A DNA stretch of 64,000 nucleotides from Desulfobacterales bacterium. GTDB lineage: Bacteria > Desulfobacterota > Desulfobacteria > Desulfobacterales > JAFDDL01. Numbering within the stretch: the first letter of the stretch is position 1; every line of letters starts with the position of its first letter. The notes beneath the pieces were generated by a model. The model saw only the letters and a program-made list of their open reading frames with translations, made no database searches and had not been told where the DNA came from. The DNA lies in NCBI GenBank assembly GCA_963678885.2, contig CAXXFG010000005.1, positions 211,512 to 275,511 on the forward strand. Reading direction: 5' to 3'. The position numbers and the translations under genes are program-made. Of the stretch, positions 9,705 through 19,654 are shown in pieces.

Positions 9705-10757
9705 ATGCCGCGAAAAGCCCGCATAGATGCGCCCGGTGCGTTGCACCACATCATCGCCAGGGGAATGGAGCGCAGAAAGATATTTTACGATGATGCGGAT
9801 CGGGATAATTTTTTGGGACGGCTGGGAGCCGTGCTATCGAACACACAAACCCAATGTTTTGCCTGGGCACTGCTGCCAAATCACTTCCATTTGCTGCTGA
9901 GAACGGGCCTTGTGCCCATTGCCACGGTCATGCAAAAGCTGTTGACCGGTTATGCGATCAGCTTCAACCGGCGGCATCGGCGACATGGCCAGCTTTTCCA
10001 GAACCGCTATAAATCCATTTTGTGCGAGGAAGACGCCTATTTGCTGGAGCTGGTACGCTATATCCATCTGAATCCACTGCGGTCAAAGCGCGTGGATGGG
10101 ATGGGGGCGTTGGGCACGTACCCTTACAGCGGCCATGATGTCCTGATGGGAACGGAAAAGCGTGCCTGGCAGGATGATGCGTATGTATTGCGGCGTTTCG
10201 GGGGGAAACAGCCCATTGCCAGGAAGAATTACCGTGCGTATGTGAAGGCGGGGATCGCCGATGGCCGCAGGAATGATTTGATCGGCGGCGGTTTATTGCG
10301 CAGTGTCGGCGGTTGGGGGCCGGTAAAGGCCATGCGCCGCAGTGGAAATCGCATCAAAGGCGATGAACGTATACTAGGTGATGCGGGGTTCGTGGCGCGT
10401 GTTCTGGAGGCGGCGCAGGAGCAGCTTGAAAGGAAATGTAGGCTCAGCGCTTCCGGATACAGCTTTGAACACTTGCTCTCCCGTGTGGCGGAGCTGATGG
10501 ATATGTCCACCGAAGAAGTGCTGTCCGGGAGGCGTTGTCCTAAAACGGTTCAAGCCCGCCGTCTCATTTGTTACTGGGGGTATCGTGCGCTGAGAATGCG
10601 TATCGTCGATTTGGCGAAAAGGCTGAACATATCCCAGCCCACGGCAAGCCAGAGCGTGACAAAGGGCGAAACAATCGTCCGGGAGCGCAACTTGAGTTTG
10701 TCCATCCACTCATCGCAATGCGCCAAAGAATGTTCCCGAAAGCCCCTCCATGGATGA
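9705..10757 (+). mobile_element. REP-associated tyrosine (Y1/HUH, RAYT-like) transposase with C-terminal DnaA-like HTH
   Basis: MPRKARIDAPGALHHIIARG, LLPNHFHLL (HUH), GQLFQNRYKS, RYIHLNPLR, YPYSGH; C-terminal HTH (ARRLICYW...LAKRLNISQPTAS). Confidence 0.9.
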
Positions 10758-10914
10758 AAGCGAGAAACGTATGCGCCCTTTGAGCCATGAACCGTCAAAG
10801 CCCACAGCCTGCGCTGCCGGACCTACATCAGGAGGGGCCCCGCATCCTCCTATGCACCTTTCCCCAACCGCCGCCCCCCCCGCGGGCGAGACGGCTGCCA
10901 GGGGGCTTTCAGCC

Positions 10915-12711
10915 ATGCAGGACTTCTTCCGTTGGCTGATGCCGAAACCCGTTTGGCTGGAACTGTCCTTTGAGGAAACGCGAAAACGCAAAGTATATGC
11001 CGCCACGGTCGTGCCGGGGGTTGCCATTATGCTTTCGTTCGGGTTGTACCACCTGTTTTGCGCTAATCTTCTGGAAGGCTTCCTTGATGTGATGGGCGGG
11101 TTGTGGATGCTTGGCAGTATTTTCTTGCTGCGCATTACCAAAAAAGGGCTGCCTATCTTCCGGGCCAATGCGCTTTTGCTGGGATTGGTCTTCCTTTTCC
11201 TGGCGGCAAAGGGCGGCCCTGGGGGTAACAAGCTGTTATGGATGTTCAGTTTTCCGTTGGTCGCATTGTATACCCTGGGGTTGCCTGAAGGCCTGTTGTG
11301 GATCGGGGCCGTGTTGGCAGTCAATTTGATGATTCTCTTCCTGCCGTTGGACACCCCGTGGATACACGCCTATGGGAAGGATTATAAGATCCGATTTTGC
11401 GCGGCCTATCTTCTGGTTGTGGCCATGACTTTTGTCTATGAGAACGAACGTCGAAAATCCCAAGCAAACCTCGAAAATGAACGCAATGATCTGGAGCGTG
11501 AAAAAAAGGAGCGGAAAGAGCTGGAGGCCCGGCTTGTCCGTTCCCAGAAAATGGAGGCTCTGGGCTTATTGGCCGGCGGTGTGGCTCATGATCTGAACAA
11601 TGTGCTTTCAGCCATTGTCGGCTACCCGGATATTTTACTGATGCGCCTGCCAGAGGACAGCGATTTGAGGCGGCCGCTGAACGTCATGCGGGCTTCGGGA
11701 CTAAAAGCCGCGGCCATCGTACAGGACTTGTTGACCTTGGCCAGGCGAGGCGTCACCAACTTCGATGTCCTCGATCTCAATGCGCTGGTCGGGGAATACC
11801 TCCACTCCCCTGAATTGGAGAAGCTCAAGGCTTGTCATCCGAAGGTGGAGATTCGTACCGACCTCCAGGCGGATCTGCGCAACATCAAGGGGTCTGCCAT
11901 CCATCTGAAAAAATCATTGATGAACCTTGTCTCAAACGCGGCCGAAGCGTTGCCGGATGGCGGCTTGGTTGAGATTAAAACCCAAAACATGACCGTTGAC
12001 CGGCAATGCGAGAAACATAGGGACATGGCCGAGGGTGACTATGTGGTCTTGCACGTTGCCGATAACGGCATCAGTATCGACAAGGAGGACTTGGAGAAGA
12101 TCTTTGAACCCTTCTATACCAAGAAGAAAATGGGGCATAGCGGTACCGGCCTTGGGCTGGCGGTGGTTTGGGGTACGGTTCAAGATCATCAAGGCTATAT
12201 CCACGTGAATAGCGAGATCACCCAGGGGACCCTGATGACGCTCTACTTTCCGGCAACCGAAGACTGCCTCGGGCTTTCGGACGAAAACATTTCCCTGAAC
12301 GACTATCGCGGAAACGGCGAGCGGATTCTGGTGGTGGATGATATGCTTGCCCAACGCGAGATCACCTCGGAGATGCTGACGGCGCTTGGGTATCGGGTCG
12401 CGTCGTTGGCCAGCGGTGAGGAGGCCGTCGCCTTTATGCGGGAAAACAAGGCGGACATCGTGATCTTGGACATGATCATGGACCCGGGAATCGACGGTTT
12501 GGAAACCTATGCCCGGCTGCGGGCCGTTCAGCCTGACATCAAAACCTTGCTGGTCAGCGGATATTCGGAAACCGGGCGGGTTAAAAATGCCCAACGGCTT
12601 GGCGCCGGCGGCTATGTAAAAAAACCATTCAGTATCGAAACAATCGGGCTGGCCGTGCAAAAAGAATTGAAACGGACCGTGTCGTCATCTGGTGAACCGG
12701 GGTGTTATTGA
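10915..12711 (+). CDS. Membrane-bound hybrid sensor histidine kinase (TM sensor-HisKA-HATPase-REC)
   Basis: Several TM helices; LAGGVAHDLNN H-box; GTGLGL; REC LVVDD...ILDMIM...KP. Start uncertain (10750 possible). Confidence 0.92.
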   Translation: MQDFFRWLMPKPVWLELSFEETRKRKVYAATVVPGVAIMLSFGLYHLFCANLLEGFLDVMGGLWMLGSIFLLRITKKGLPIFRANALLLGLVFLFLAAKGGPGGNKLLWMFSFPLVALYTLGLPEGLLWIGAVLAVNLMILFLPLDTPWIHAYGKDYKIRFCAAYLLVVAMTFVYENERRKSQANLENERNDLEREKKERKELEARLVRSQKMEALGLLAGGVAHDLNNVLSAIVGYPDILLMRLPEDSDLRRPLNVMRASGLKAAAIVQDLLTLARRGVTNFDVLDLNALVGEYLHSPELEKLKACHPKVEIRTDLQADLRNIKGSAIHLKKSLMNLVSNAAEALPDGGLVEIKTQNMTVDRQCEKHRDMAEGDYVVLHVADNGISIDKEDLEKIFEPFYTKKKMGHSGTGLGLAVVWGTVQDHQGYIHVNSEITQGTLMTLYFPATEDCLGLSDENISLNDYRGNGERILVVDDMLAQREITSEMLTALGYRVASLASGEEAVAFMRENKADIVILDMIMDPGIDGLETYARLRAVQPDIKTLLVSGYSETGRVKNAQRLGAGGYVKKPFSIETIGLAVQKELKRTVSSSGEPGCY

Positions 12712-12935
12712 CCTTTTTCAGCTTTTCGGTGTATTATCCTTCCATTTATTTCTTCCAGCGCCGCTCAGCAACTGAAGCGTGAGGGCCCGACTTTTTGTGC
12801 TCCGCAACACCGCCTGTACTCCGGTTTTTCATGAACCGCTTCATCTTTGCCCGTGGCCGGAAAGCGATGGGCGGCCGTTTCCCGGAGACCGAAATATCCG
12901 AACACGATATCGGTCTGCCGTAATCTGGAGAAACC

Positions 12936-14993
12936 ATGGACAAGCCCCATGTGCCGGGTACCAAATGCATTGCGGAATTTTCCCATTCCGTGGCGCGCCT
13001 GAAGCGAAGGATCGCCGAACTGGAGCAATCCCTGTGTGCCCGGGACCGGGAAGCGGCGGCGATGCGCATGTCCATGGCGGAACTGCAGCAAGACAACGAC
13101 ATGCTCCGGACGATGATTGATGCGGCCCCGACAGCCATCATCGGTTTGGATCTGGAGGGGCGTGTGCACTCGGTCTGGAATAAGGCCGCCGAAAAAATGT
13201 TTGGCTGGTGCGCTTCGGAGGTGATGGGCCGTATGCTTCCGACCGTTCCGGCGGAGGAACTGGCGGTATTTGAGGCTCTCCTTGAACGGCTCCACAAGGG
13301 GGAGGCCATAGAGGGCGAGGAGGTGCATCGGCAGCGACGCGACGGAAGTCCGATCACTTACAGTGTCCATGCATCGCCATTGCGGGACCGTGATGGAAAG
13401 ATTATCGGCAATATCGCCATCATAGTGGATGTCACCGAACGCATCCAGGCCAATGCGGCCCTCTGCATCAGTGAGGCGCGTTTCCGAACCCTGGTTGACA
13501 ATGCGCCGGACGGTATTTGTGTGCAGGCCGAAGGGCGGTTTTTGTTCCTCAATCCCGCCATGGTAGCCCTGTTCGGTGCCAAAAGTGCCGAGGACCTTTT
13601 GGGAACCGATGTAATGGCGCGTGTCGCCCCTGGGCACATCCAGTCTGTCCGTGATCGTATCCGTTTGCAGTCAGAGACGAAATGCATCCTTCCACCCGCA
13701 GAACGCGAATACCTTCGTCTTGACGGCGTGAAGGTTCCCGTGGAGGTCGCGGCGGTGCCTTTCAGCTTTCAGGGGCGTGATGCGGTCCTGATTTTCGCAC
13801 GCAACATCAGCGCCCGGCGAAAGGTCGAGGCGGAACAGGAACGGCTCCGGGAGCAGCTCCAGAAGTCCCAGAAGATGGAATCTGTGGGAAGACTGGCCGG
13901 CGGGGTGGCCCATGATTACAACAACATGCTCAGCGTCATCATGGGGTACGCGGACCTGGCCCTGGAAAAGATCGGCCTTGAAGACCCGCTTCATGGCGAC
14001 CTTGTGGAAATCATGAATGCGGCGGAAAGATCCAAGAACATCACCCGGCAGCTCCTTGCCTTTGCCCGGCAGCAGCCCATTGCGCCCCTGGTGCTTGATC
14101 TGAACAAAACCGTGGAGAGCATGCTCAACATGTTGCGCCGGCTGATCGGGGAGGACATCGACCTCATCTGGCTTCCGGGGGAGGGGCTCTGGCCGGTGAA
14201 AATGGATTCTTCCCAGATCGACCAGATTTTGGCCAACCTGGTGGTCAACGCCCGGGATGCCATCGGGGGCGTCGGAAAAATTACCATCGAAACGCACACG
14301 GCGACCTTTGGCAAGGCCTATTGCAGTGACCACGCGGAGCATCTCCCGGGGGATTTTGTGATGCTGGCCGTCAGCGACACCGGTTGCGGCATGGATGAGA
14401 AGACCGTGGCGAAGTTGTTCGAGCCGTTTTTCACCACCAAGGCGGTGGGACGGGGCACCGGCCTTGGCATGGCCACGGTTTACGGAATTCTAAAGCAAAA
14501 CAAAGGGTTCATAGACGTTTACAGTGAACCGGGGGTCGGTACCACCTTTAAGATCTATCTGCCCCGGCATAATAGGCCGGCCGATGGCGGGCCGTGGATG
14601 ACGGAGGAAAAGATACCGGAGAGTTGGGGGGAAACGATCCTGGTGGTGGAGGATGAGCCGGTGACACGCAAGCTGATAGAACGAATTCTCACGACCTTGG
14701 GCTACAAAACGCTCGTGGCCGGCAGTCCCTCCGAAGCCATTCGGCTGGTGGCGGCACGCAAAGAGAGCATCGCGTTGCTGCTGACCGATGTGATCATGCC
14801 GGAGATGAACGGTCGGCAACTGTCCCAGCGGTTGTGTTCCCTTTGCCCGGATATGAAAATCTTGTTCATGTCCGGCTATACGGCAGACGTGATTGCGCAC
14901 CACGGAGTGCTGGACGCGGGGCTGTGTTTTATCCAGAAGCCGTTTTCCCGGCAGGAACTCAAATCCAAGGTGCGAGAAGCGCTGGGAGGGTAG
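12936..14993 (+). CDS. Cytoplasmic PAS-PAS hybrid sensor histidine kinase
   Basis: Two PAS/PAC domains (WNKAAEKMFG...DVTER; LNPAMVALFG...NISAR); AGGVAHDYNN; GTGLGM; REC LLTDVIMP. Confidence 0.93.
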   Translation: MDKPHVPGTKCIAEFSHSVARLKRRIAELEQSLCARDREAAAMRMSMAELQQDNDMLRTMIDAAPTAIIGLDLEGRVHSVWNKAAEKMFGWCASEVMGRMLPTVPAEELAVFEALLERLHKGEAIEGEEVHRQRRDGSPITYSVHASPLRDRDGKIIGNIAIIVDVTERIQANAALCISEARFRTLVDNAPDGICVQAEGRFLFLNPAMVALFGAKSAEDLLGTDVMARVAPGHIQSVRDRIRLQSETKCILPPAEREYLRLDGVKVPVEVAAVPFSFQGRDAVLIFARNISARRKVEAEQERLREQLQKSQKMESVGRLAGGVAHDYNNMLSVIMGYADLALEKIGLEDPLHGDLVEIMNAAERSKNITRQLLAFARQQPIAPLVLDLNKTVESMLNMLRRLIGEDIDLIWLPGEGLWPVKMDSSQIDQILANLVVNARDAIGGVGKITIETHTATFGKAYCSDHAEHLPGDFVMLAVSDTGCGMDEKTVAKLFEPFFTTKAVGRGTGLGMATVYGILKQNKGFIDVYSEPGVGTTFKIYLPRHNRPADGGPWMTEEKIPESWGETILVVEDEPVTRKLIERILTTLGYKTLVAGSPSEAIRLVAARKESIALLLTDVIMPEMNGRQLSQRLCSLCPDMKILFMSGYTADVIAHHGVLDAGLCFIQKPFSRQELKSKVREALGG

Positions 14994-15251
14994 GGGGCGG
15001 CCATGGCCCGGTATTTTTCGTCAATGGGCACGTGCACCCAGTGCCGCCTTTGCGGTGGTGACATGCGCGGCCCTGAGATCCCAGCGCCGTTCTGTTCTCG
15101 ACAACTCTCCGGTTGTGGTATGATATTCATTCTGAGGCGCTTCTTCTGCTGGGTAAACAACCCGAATAGAATCGACAGGTGCTTTCCCCGTTGCACTTGT
15201 CCGCCTCCGACCGGGTGCTTGATCTGGGGCGAAATACATGGACATGGCCCA

Positions 15252-17492
15252 TCAACCACATTTGGTATAGCCACATGAATGGCAGGTCTTGCAGCCCTCT
15301 TCAAAGGCGATGACCTGGCCACATTCCGGGCATAAATCGGATTTCAGGCTGTTTTCATACTGCTTTTTCCTGTTTCCGGTTTTGCCGGACACATATCTTT
15401 TTTCCAGTACCTTGGCGATGGCGTCCGGAATCGAGTGGACAAGCCCGCCGTCCTGAAAGACGGCATGCTCACCGCGGATCCCACTAATTTGTTCTATTAT
15501 TTCTGGCACTTCAATTCCGGATCGCAGGGCAAGTGAAATCAGTCTTCCGATGGCTTCCCTTTTTGCCTGGGTCGATTTTCCGGATTTGCCAATTGTCGCA
15601 AAAAGCTCAAAAGGCCTGCCTTTAAACTCCGAAACGGTGATGTAAAGACTGCCCATTCCCGTTTTGATTCTCTCCGTAAAGCCTTCAAGGGTTTGAGGCC
15701 TTTCCCGCCCGGCCAGAAGAAATTCATCCTCCGCCTGTTTTTCTCCACCTCTGGCAATCGAAAGCACCTGGTTGTCTTTGCTTCCGTCCCGGTAAATGGT
15801 CACCCCCTTACACTTGAGCGTGTGGGCAAGGTCATAGATGTATCTGACATCCGATTCCGTGGCATTGTGCGGCAGGTTCACCGTTTTTGAAACCGCGTTG
15901 TCCGTGTACTTTTGAAAGGCGGCTTGCATTTTAATATGGTGCTCGGGTTTGATGTCGTGGGCTGTTACAAAAACCCTTCTGAGGTCGGACGGCACGTTGT
16001 GGTTCCCCTGAACCGTACCGTTTTCGGCGATTTCCTCCATTAACGTCTCACTGTGGAAATCATTTTCAAGGGCGACCCGTTTAAAAACCGGGTTTACTTC
16101 AATCAGGCGGTCATTGTCCATCACCGTCCTCACATAACTCAACGCAAACGCCGGTTCGATACCACTGGAACAACCGGCAATGATGCTCAGGGTTCCGGTG
16201 GGCGCAATGGTCGTGGTGGTGGCGTTGCGCATTTGGCGATCTTTTTGATCTTTAAAGATGCTTCGGTCAATATTCGGGAACGTCCCCCTCTTTTTCGCCA
16301 GATTACAGGAGGCGGTGTGGGATTCCTTTTGGATAAAAGACATGATCTCTTCGGCAAGCATCAGCGCCTCTTCCGAGCCATAAGGAATACGGAGCATAAA
16401 AAGCAAATCGGCGAACCCCATGACACCCAATCCGATCTTCCGGTTCCCCTTGACCATATGATCTATCTCTTCAAGGGGATACCTGGACATATCGATGGTG
16501 TTGTCCAGGAACCGGACCGAAAGATGGACGGTTTCCCGAAGCTTTTCAAAATCTATTTCCGGTTTCCCCTTATTATCCGTGACAAATCGGGTCAGGTTGA
16601 TGGAGCCGAGGTTGCACGCCTCCATGGGCAACAGCGGTTGTTCCCCGCAGGGATTGGTTGACTCAATTTCGCCGACACCCGGTGTCGTATTGAAGCGGTT
16701 GATCTCGTCGAGAAAAATAATTCCCGGATCTCCTGTGGCCCATGCCTGTTTGACCAATGCGTCGTAGACTGCATCCGCGCTGAGACGGCCCGCCACCTTT
16801 CCTGAGCGCGGATCAATCAGGTCATAGTTTTCCTTCTGCGCCAAAGCCGTCATGAAGCGATCTGTTACGCCAACGGAGATGTTAAAGTTGTTCAGGTCCT
16901 TTTTGTTATTTTTGCACGTGATAAAGGTCATGATATCCGGGTGGTCTACCCGGAGGACCGCCATATTGGCCCCCCTTCGCGTGCCGCCCTGCTTGACCTG
17001 TTCGGTTGCCGTATTGAAAATTCTCATAAAGGAGACAGGCCCGGATGCCACCCCGCCGGTGGAGCCGACCGTCGCGTTTTCGGGGCGCAGCCTGGAAAAT
17101 GAAAAGCCGGTGCCGCCCCCTGATTTATGAATGGTGGCGGCATTCTTGACCGCATCAAAGATACCGTCAATGCTGTCTTCCACGGGAAGGACAAAACAGG
17201 CTGCCAGTTGTCCCAAGGATCTGCCTGCGTTCATCAAGGTCGGGGAATTGGGCAAGAATCTGAACTCGGCCATTAGGCCGTAGAACAAATCTTCTATTTC
17301 CTGGTGATCGGCGGTTGGATCGTACTTCTTTTCCGCTTGGGCGATATGGCAAGCCACACGCCGGAACATATGCTCCGGCGATTCACATATCTTCCCGGTT
17401 TCATCTTTTTTCAGATACCGTCGTTCCAGAACGATTCTGGCATTTTCCGTTAAGAAATCGACCTGGAACGCTTTTTTTTCTCCGCCATTCAT
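15252..17492 (-). CDS. nrdJ: Adenosylcobalamin-dependent (class II) ribonucleotide reductase with C-terminal TSCPD/Zn-ribbon region
   Basis: PNSPTLMNAG, LAACFV, GGTRRGANM, TNPCGEQPL, TIAPTGT; C-terminal CPECG...EEGCKTCHSCGYTKCG. Start placed at ATG 17492. Confidence 0.95.
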   Translation of the reverse strand: MNGGEKKAFQVDFLTENARIVLERRYLKKDETGKICESPEHMFRRVACHIAQAEKKYDPTADHQEIEDLFYGLMAEFRFLPNSPTLMNAGRSLGQLAACFVLPVEDSIDGIFDAVKNAATIHKSGGGTGFSFSRLRPENATVGSTGGVASGPVSFMRIFNTATEQVKQGGTRRGANMAVLRVDHPDIMTFITCKNNKKDLNNFNISVGVTDRFMTALAQKENYDLIDPRSGKVAGRLSADAVYDALVKQAWATGDPGIIFLDEINRFNTTPGVGEIESTNPCGEQPLLPMEACNLGSINLTRFVTDNKGKPEIDFEKLRETVHLSVRFLDNTIDMSRYPLEEIDHMVKGNRKIGLGVMGFADLLFMLRIPYGSEEALMLAEEIMSFIQKESHTASCNLAKKRGTFPNIDRSIFKDQKDRQMRNATTTTIAPTGTLSIIAGCSSGIEPAFALSYVRTVMDNDRLIEVNPVFKRVALENDFHSETLMEEIAENGTVQGNHNVPSDLRRVFVTAHDIKPEHHIKMQAAFQKYTDNAVSKTVNLPHNATESDVRYIYDLAHTLKCKGVTIYRDGSKDNQVLSIARGGEKQAEDEFLLAGRERPQTLEGFTERIKTGMGSLYITVSEFKGRPFELFATIGKSGKSTQAKREAIGRLISLALRSGIEVPEIIEQISGIRGEHAVFQDGGLVHSIPDAIAKVLEKRYVSGKTGNRKKQYENSLKSDLCPECGQVIAFEEGCKTCHSCGYTKCG

Positions 17493-17554
17493 TTGTGCTA
17501 TACCTTTGCCCTTTTTTTGGGATTCAGAATGCGCGGCGGATGATTGCCGCAGCA

Positions 17555-17601
17555 ATACTGTATATAGTTATCAATAAAATATCAACCACAATATGCGGTG
17601 C
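17555..17601. promoter_or_regulatory. Tandem NrdR boxes upstream of nrdJ
   Basis: ATACTGTATATAGTTA (17555-17570) and CCACAATATGCGGTGC (17586-17601) resemble the consensus acaCwAtATaTwGtgt; 31-bp start-to-start spacing is typical of NrdR box pairs. Confidence 0.8.
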
Positions 17602-17744
17602 ATAGTAAAAAAGAAGGCTGTGGCGCAACCGTGAGCTGCGACAGAGGCTGCAGTTGAAGCGTATCTGTCAGGAATTTATTGCGGCGCTGTTGCCATGAAA
17701 AAAGGAGAGGGGAGAAGTTGTCGTTGGAAAAATTCCATCGGAAC

Positions 17745-17786
17745 CATAACAGAAACGGCGGTTGATTTCTCAGCCGCCGCCTCTGT
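17745..17786 (-). terminator. Intrinsic terminator of the CocE/NonD gene
   Basis: Minus strand CGGCGGCTGA-GAAA-TCAACCGCCG followed by TTTCTGTT. Confidence 0.65.
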
Positions 17787-17839
17787 CGGTTTTATTTACT
17801 AGGTGCCTGCCCTTGGGCAGGCATCCTTACAGTCCTGTG

Positions 17840-19654
17840 TTACCGGTAAACATAATCTCCGTCCGTATACTTCGGCGGAATTACCGGAATCTGCAGGTAG
17901 GAGTCATACTGCCCTCCGGTGTGGATGGTATGCTTCCCTTTATTGTCCAGATCCCAGAAGAACGGTTCGAACCATCCTTCCCGCACGTAATGCCCGGCCA
18001 GTTGGATGCGGATATACTGACCTTTTTGCCAGATACGGCTGGTGGGGTAGATTTCGATGTCCACCGGCACGATCTCCCCTGGTTTCAGCTTCTCGTCCTT
18101 GGTATGGGCCTGGACCGGCTGGTAATGGGTGGAGAGCTTTTCGTCGAGCGCCCGGCGGGAGACCCGCATTTTGCCCCATGCGCCGGGGTGCGGCTCGCCG
18201 AGAACGCTGGTGGGAAGCCACTCGCCGGTGGTGCTCAGTTTCTGGATATTGACGAAAATGTCCATATCATCATGATCCGCACAGGACACCCACAGCCGCA
18301 GCTTCATATAACCGGTGATTTCGGTCTGCTCGTTGAACTGGAAGTCGAAGTTGAGGATGCCCTTCTCGGATTCGTAGCTGACCTTCGCCTCTTTTTCCAG
18401 GGGGTTGTAGCTCATGCCCTTCTTTTTGGCATCGAGGAAGAGTTTCCGGTACTCGGTCCGTTTCAACGGAAACTCCTTTTCGGGGCGGTTGACCTGGTAG
18501 TCGCAGTCAAAGGCGTCCATCACCTCCAGGCGGACCCGCGGGGTCAACTCCCACCCGTTGTAGATGTCTTTCATGTATCGGTCGTAGAACCGCTTGAGAT
18601 CCTCCAGGTAAAACGGGTTGTAGGCATCGGGCCATTCGAACTCGCGGTGGGCACGGAGCCATTTTTTCGTGGAGCGGATCTTGCGGAAGCAGTCCATGGA
18701 GCCCCGTAGATGCATGTGCTGCCAGCAGGCAGTCAAGTAGGTGGGAACTTTGATCTTATGCCACTGGGGGATTCGATCCTCCCAGAATTCGCACATGAAC
18801 GGGTGTTTACGGGCCATGGCCACGTTGTCACCGATATAGCCCTTGCCCACCAGGGAGCCTTCAATGAAATCCTCGAAGCTGAGGGATGGAATGCCGCCTG
18901 CGAACAGCGACTCCCGGTACAAATCGCCGGTACCTTCCCAGGGGGCGATACAGGCGAGGCTGGGCGGCTGTTCGGCCGCAATCCGGTATTGGGTCATGGC
19001 AACCCCGGAATTGCCGTTCATGCCGACCTTTCCGTTACACCACTCCTGCTTGGCCACCCACTCGATGAAATCGTAGCCGTCTTTGGCATCCTGGGTACCG
19101 AACATGATGAGGTCGCCCTCGGAATGTCCGCAGCCCCGCGGATCCACGTTGGCCACGGCGTATCCTTGGCGGCACCAATAAGACGGATCGCAGGATTCGA
19201 ATTTGGCCAGGTTGGACACCGTTCCCGGCGGCACCCCGATCAACTGCCACTCGTCCATCCCGTCCCCTGGGCGCTTGCCGAAATAAGACCAGGAAACAAT
19301 CACCGGAATTTTTTCGGTGATGTTGGTGGGACGATAGATATCGCAGTAAATCTTGGTCCCGTCCCGCATGACCACTTCGATGTCCTGTTCCCGGATGATG
19401 TGCTCGTTGATTTTGACCGTGCGCGGATCGAAATCCGGACAAAATCCCATGGCCGCTCCAAGCAGCTTGAAGTCGTTTGCCTTGTCCTCGGTTCCGTCAA
19501 CCTTGTCTTCCTCGGCGACCTCGGAGTCCGCCATGATTTTTCGAAGCAGGTCCTTTGGTGCGGGAATTCTGGCTTTCCGATACGCGTGCTCGTATTCGAC
19601 GCCGCCGTGTTCCTCTTTGATCGTTTTCCGATCGACTTTGATTTCGTCTGACAT
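17840..19654 (-). CDS. CocE/NonD family (peptidase S15-like) alpha/beta hydrolase
   Basis: MRDGTKIYCDIYRP, DPRGCGHSEG, nucleophile region GKVGMNGNSG, PepX_C-like C-terminus (EITGYMKLRLWVS...LKPGEIVPVDIEIYPTS). Confidence 0.92.
   Translation of the reverse strand: MSDEIKVDRKTIKEEHGGVEYEHAYRKARIPAPKDLLRKIMADSEVAEEDKVDGTEDKANDFKLLGAAMGFCPDFDPRTVKINEHIIREQDIEVVMRDGTKIYCDIYRPTNITEKIPVIVSWSYFGKRPGDGMDEWQLIGVPPGTVSNLAKFESCDPSYWCRQGYAVANVDPRGCGHSEGDLIMFGTQDAKDGYDFIEWVAKQEWCNGKVGMNGNSGVAMTQYRIAAEQPPSLACIAPWEGTGDLYRESLFAGGIPSLSFEDFIEGSLVGKGYIGDNVAMARKHPFMCEFWEDRIPQWHKIKVPTYLTACWQHMHLRGSMDCFRKIRSTKKWLRAHREFEWPDAYNPFYLEDLKRFYDRYMKDIYNGWELTPRVRLEVMDAFDCDYQVNRPEKEFPLKRTEYRKLFLDAKKKGMSYNPLEKEAKVSYESEKGILNFDFQFNEQTEITGYMKLRLWVSCADHDDMDIFVNIQKLSTTGEWLPTSVLGEPHPGAWGKMRVSRRALDEKLSTHYQPVQAHTKDEKLKPGEIVPVDIEIYPTSRIWQKGQYIRIQLAGHYVREGWFEPFFWDLDNKGKHTIHTGGQYDSYLQIPVIPPKYTDGDYVYR

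Noticed and set aside
14990-15010. GTAGGGGGCGGCCATGGCCC as a GTAG-type REP for the RAYT
   Set aside because: Single copy, the TAG is the kinase stop codon, and no repeated family was seen in the window.
17500-17840. Cobalamin riboswitch upstream of nrdJ
   Set aside because: No B12-box or conserved GGGAA...GCCACTG core; the region is explained by NrdR boxes and terminators.
17762-19651. Long plus-strand ORFs (315 and 313 aa) opposite the CocE gene, and similar shadows opposite glnA, glnD, glnE, panP and the M16 peptidase
   Set aside because: Antisense shadows expected from high-GC3 codon bias; no RBS and no recognisable domains.
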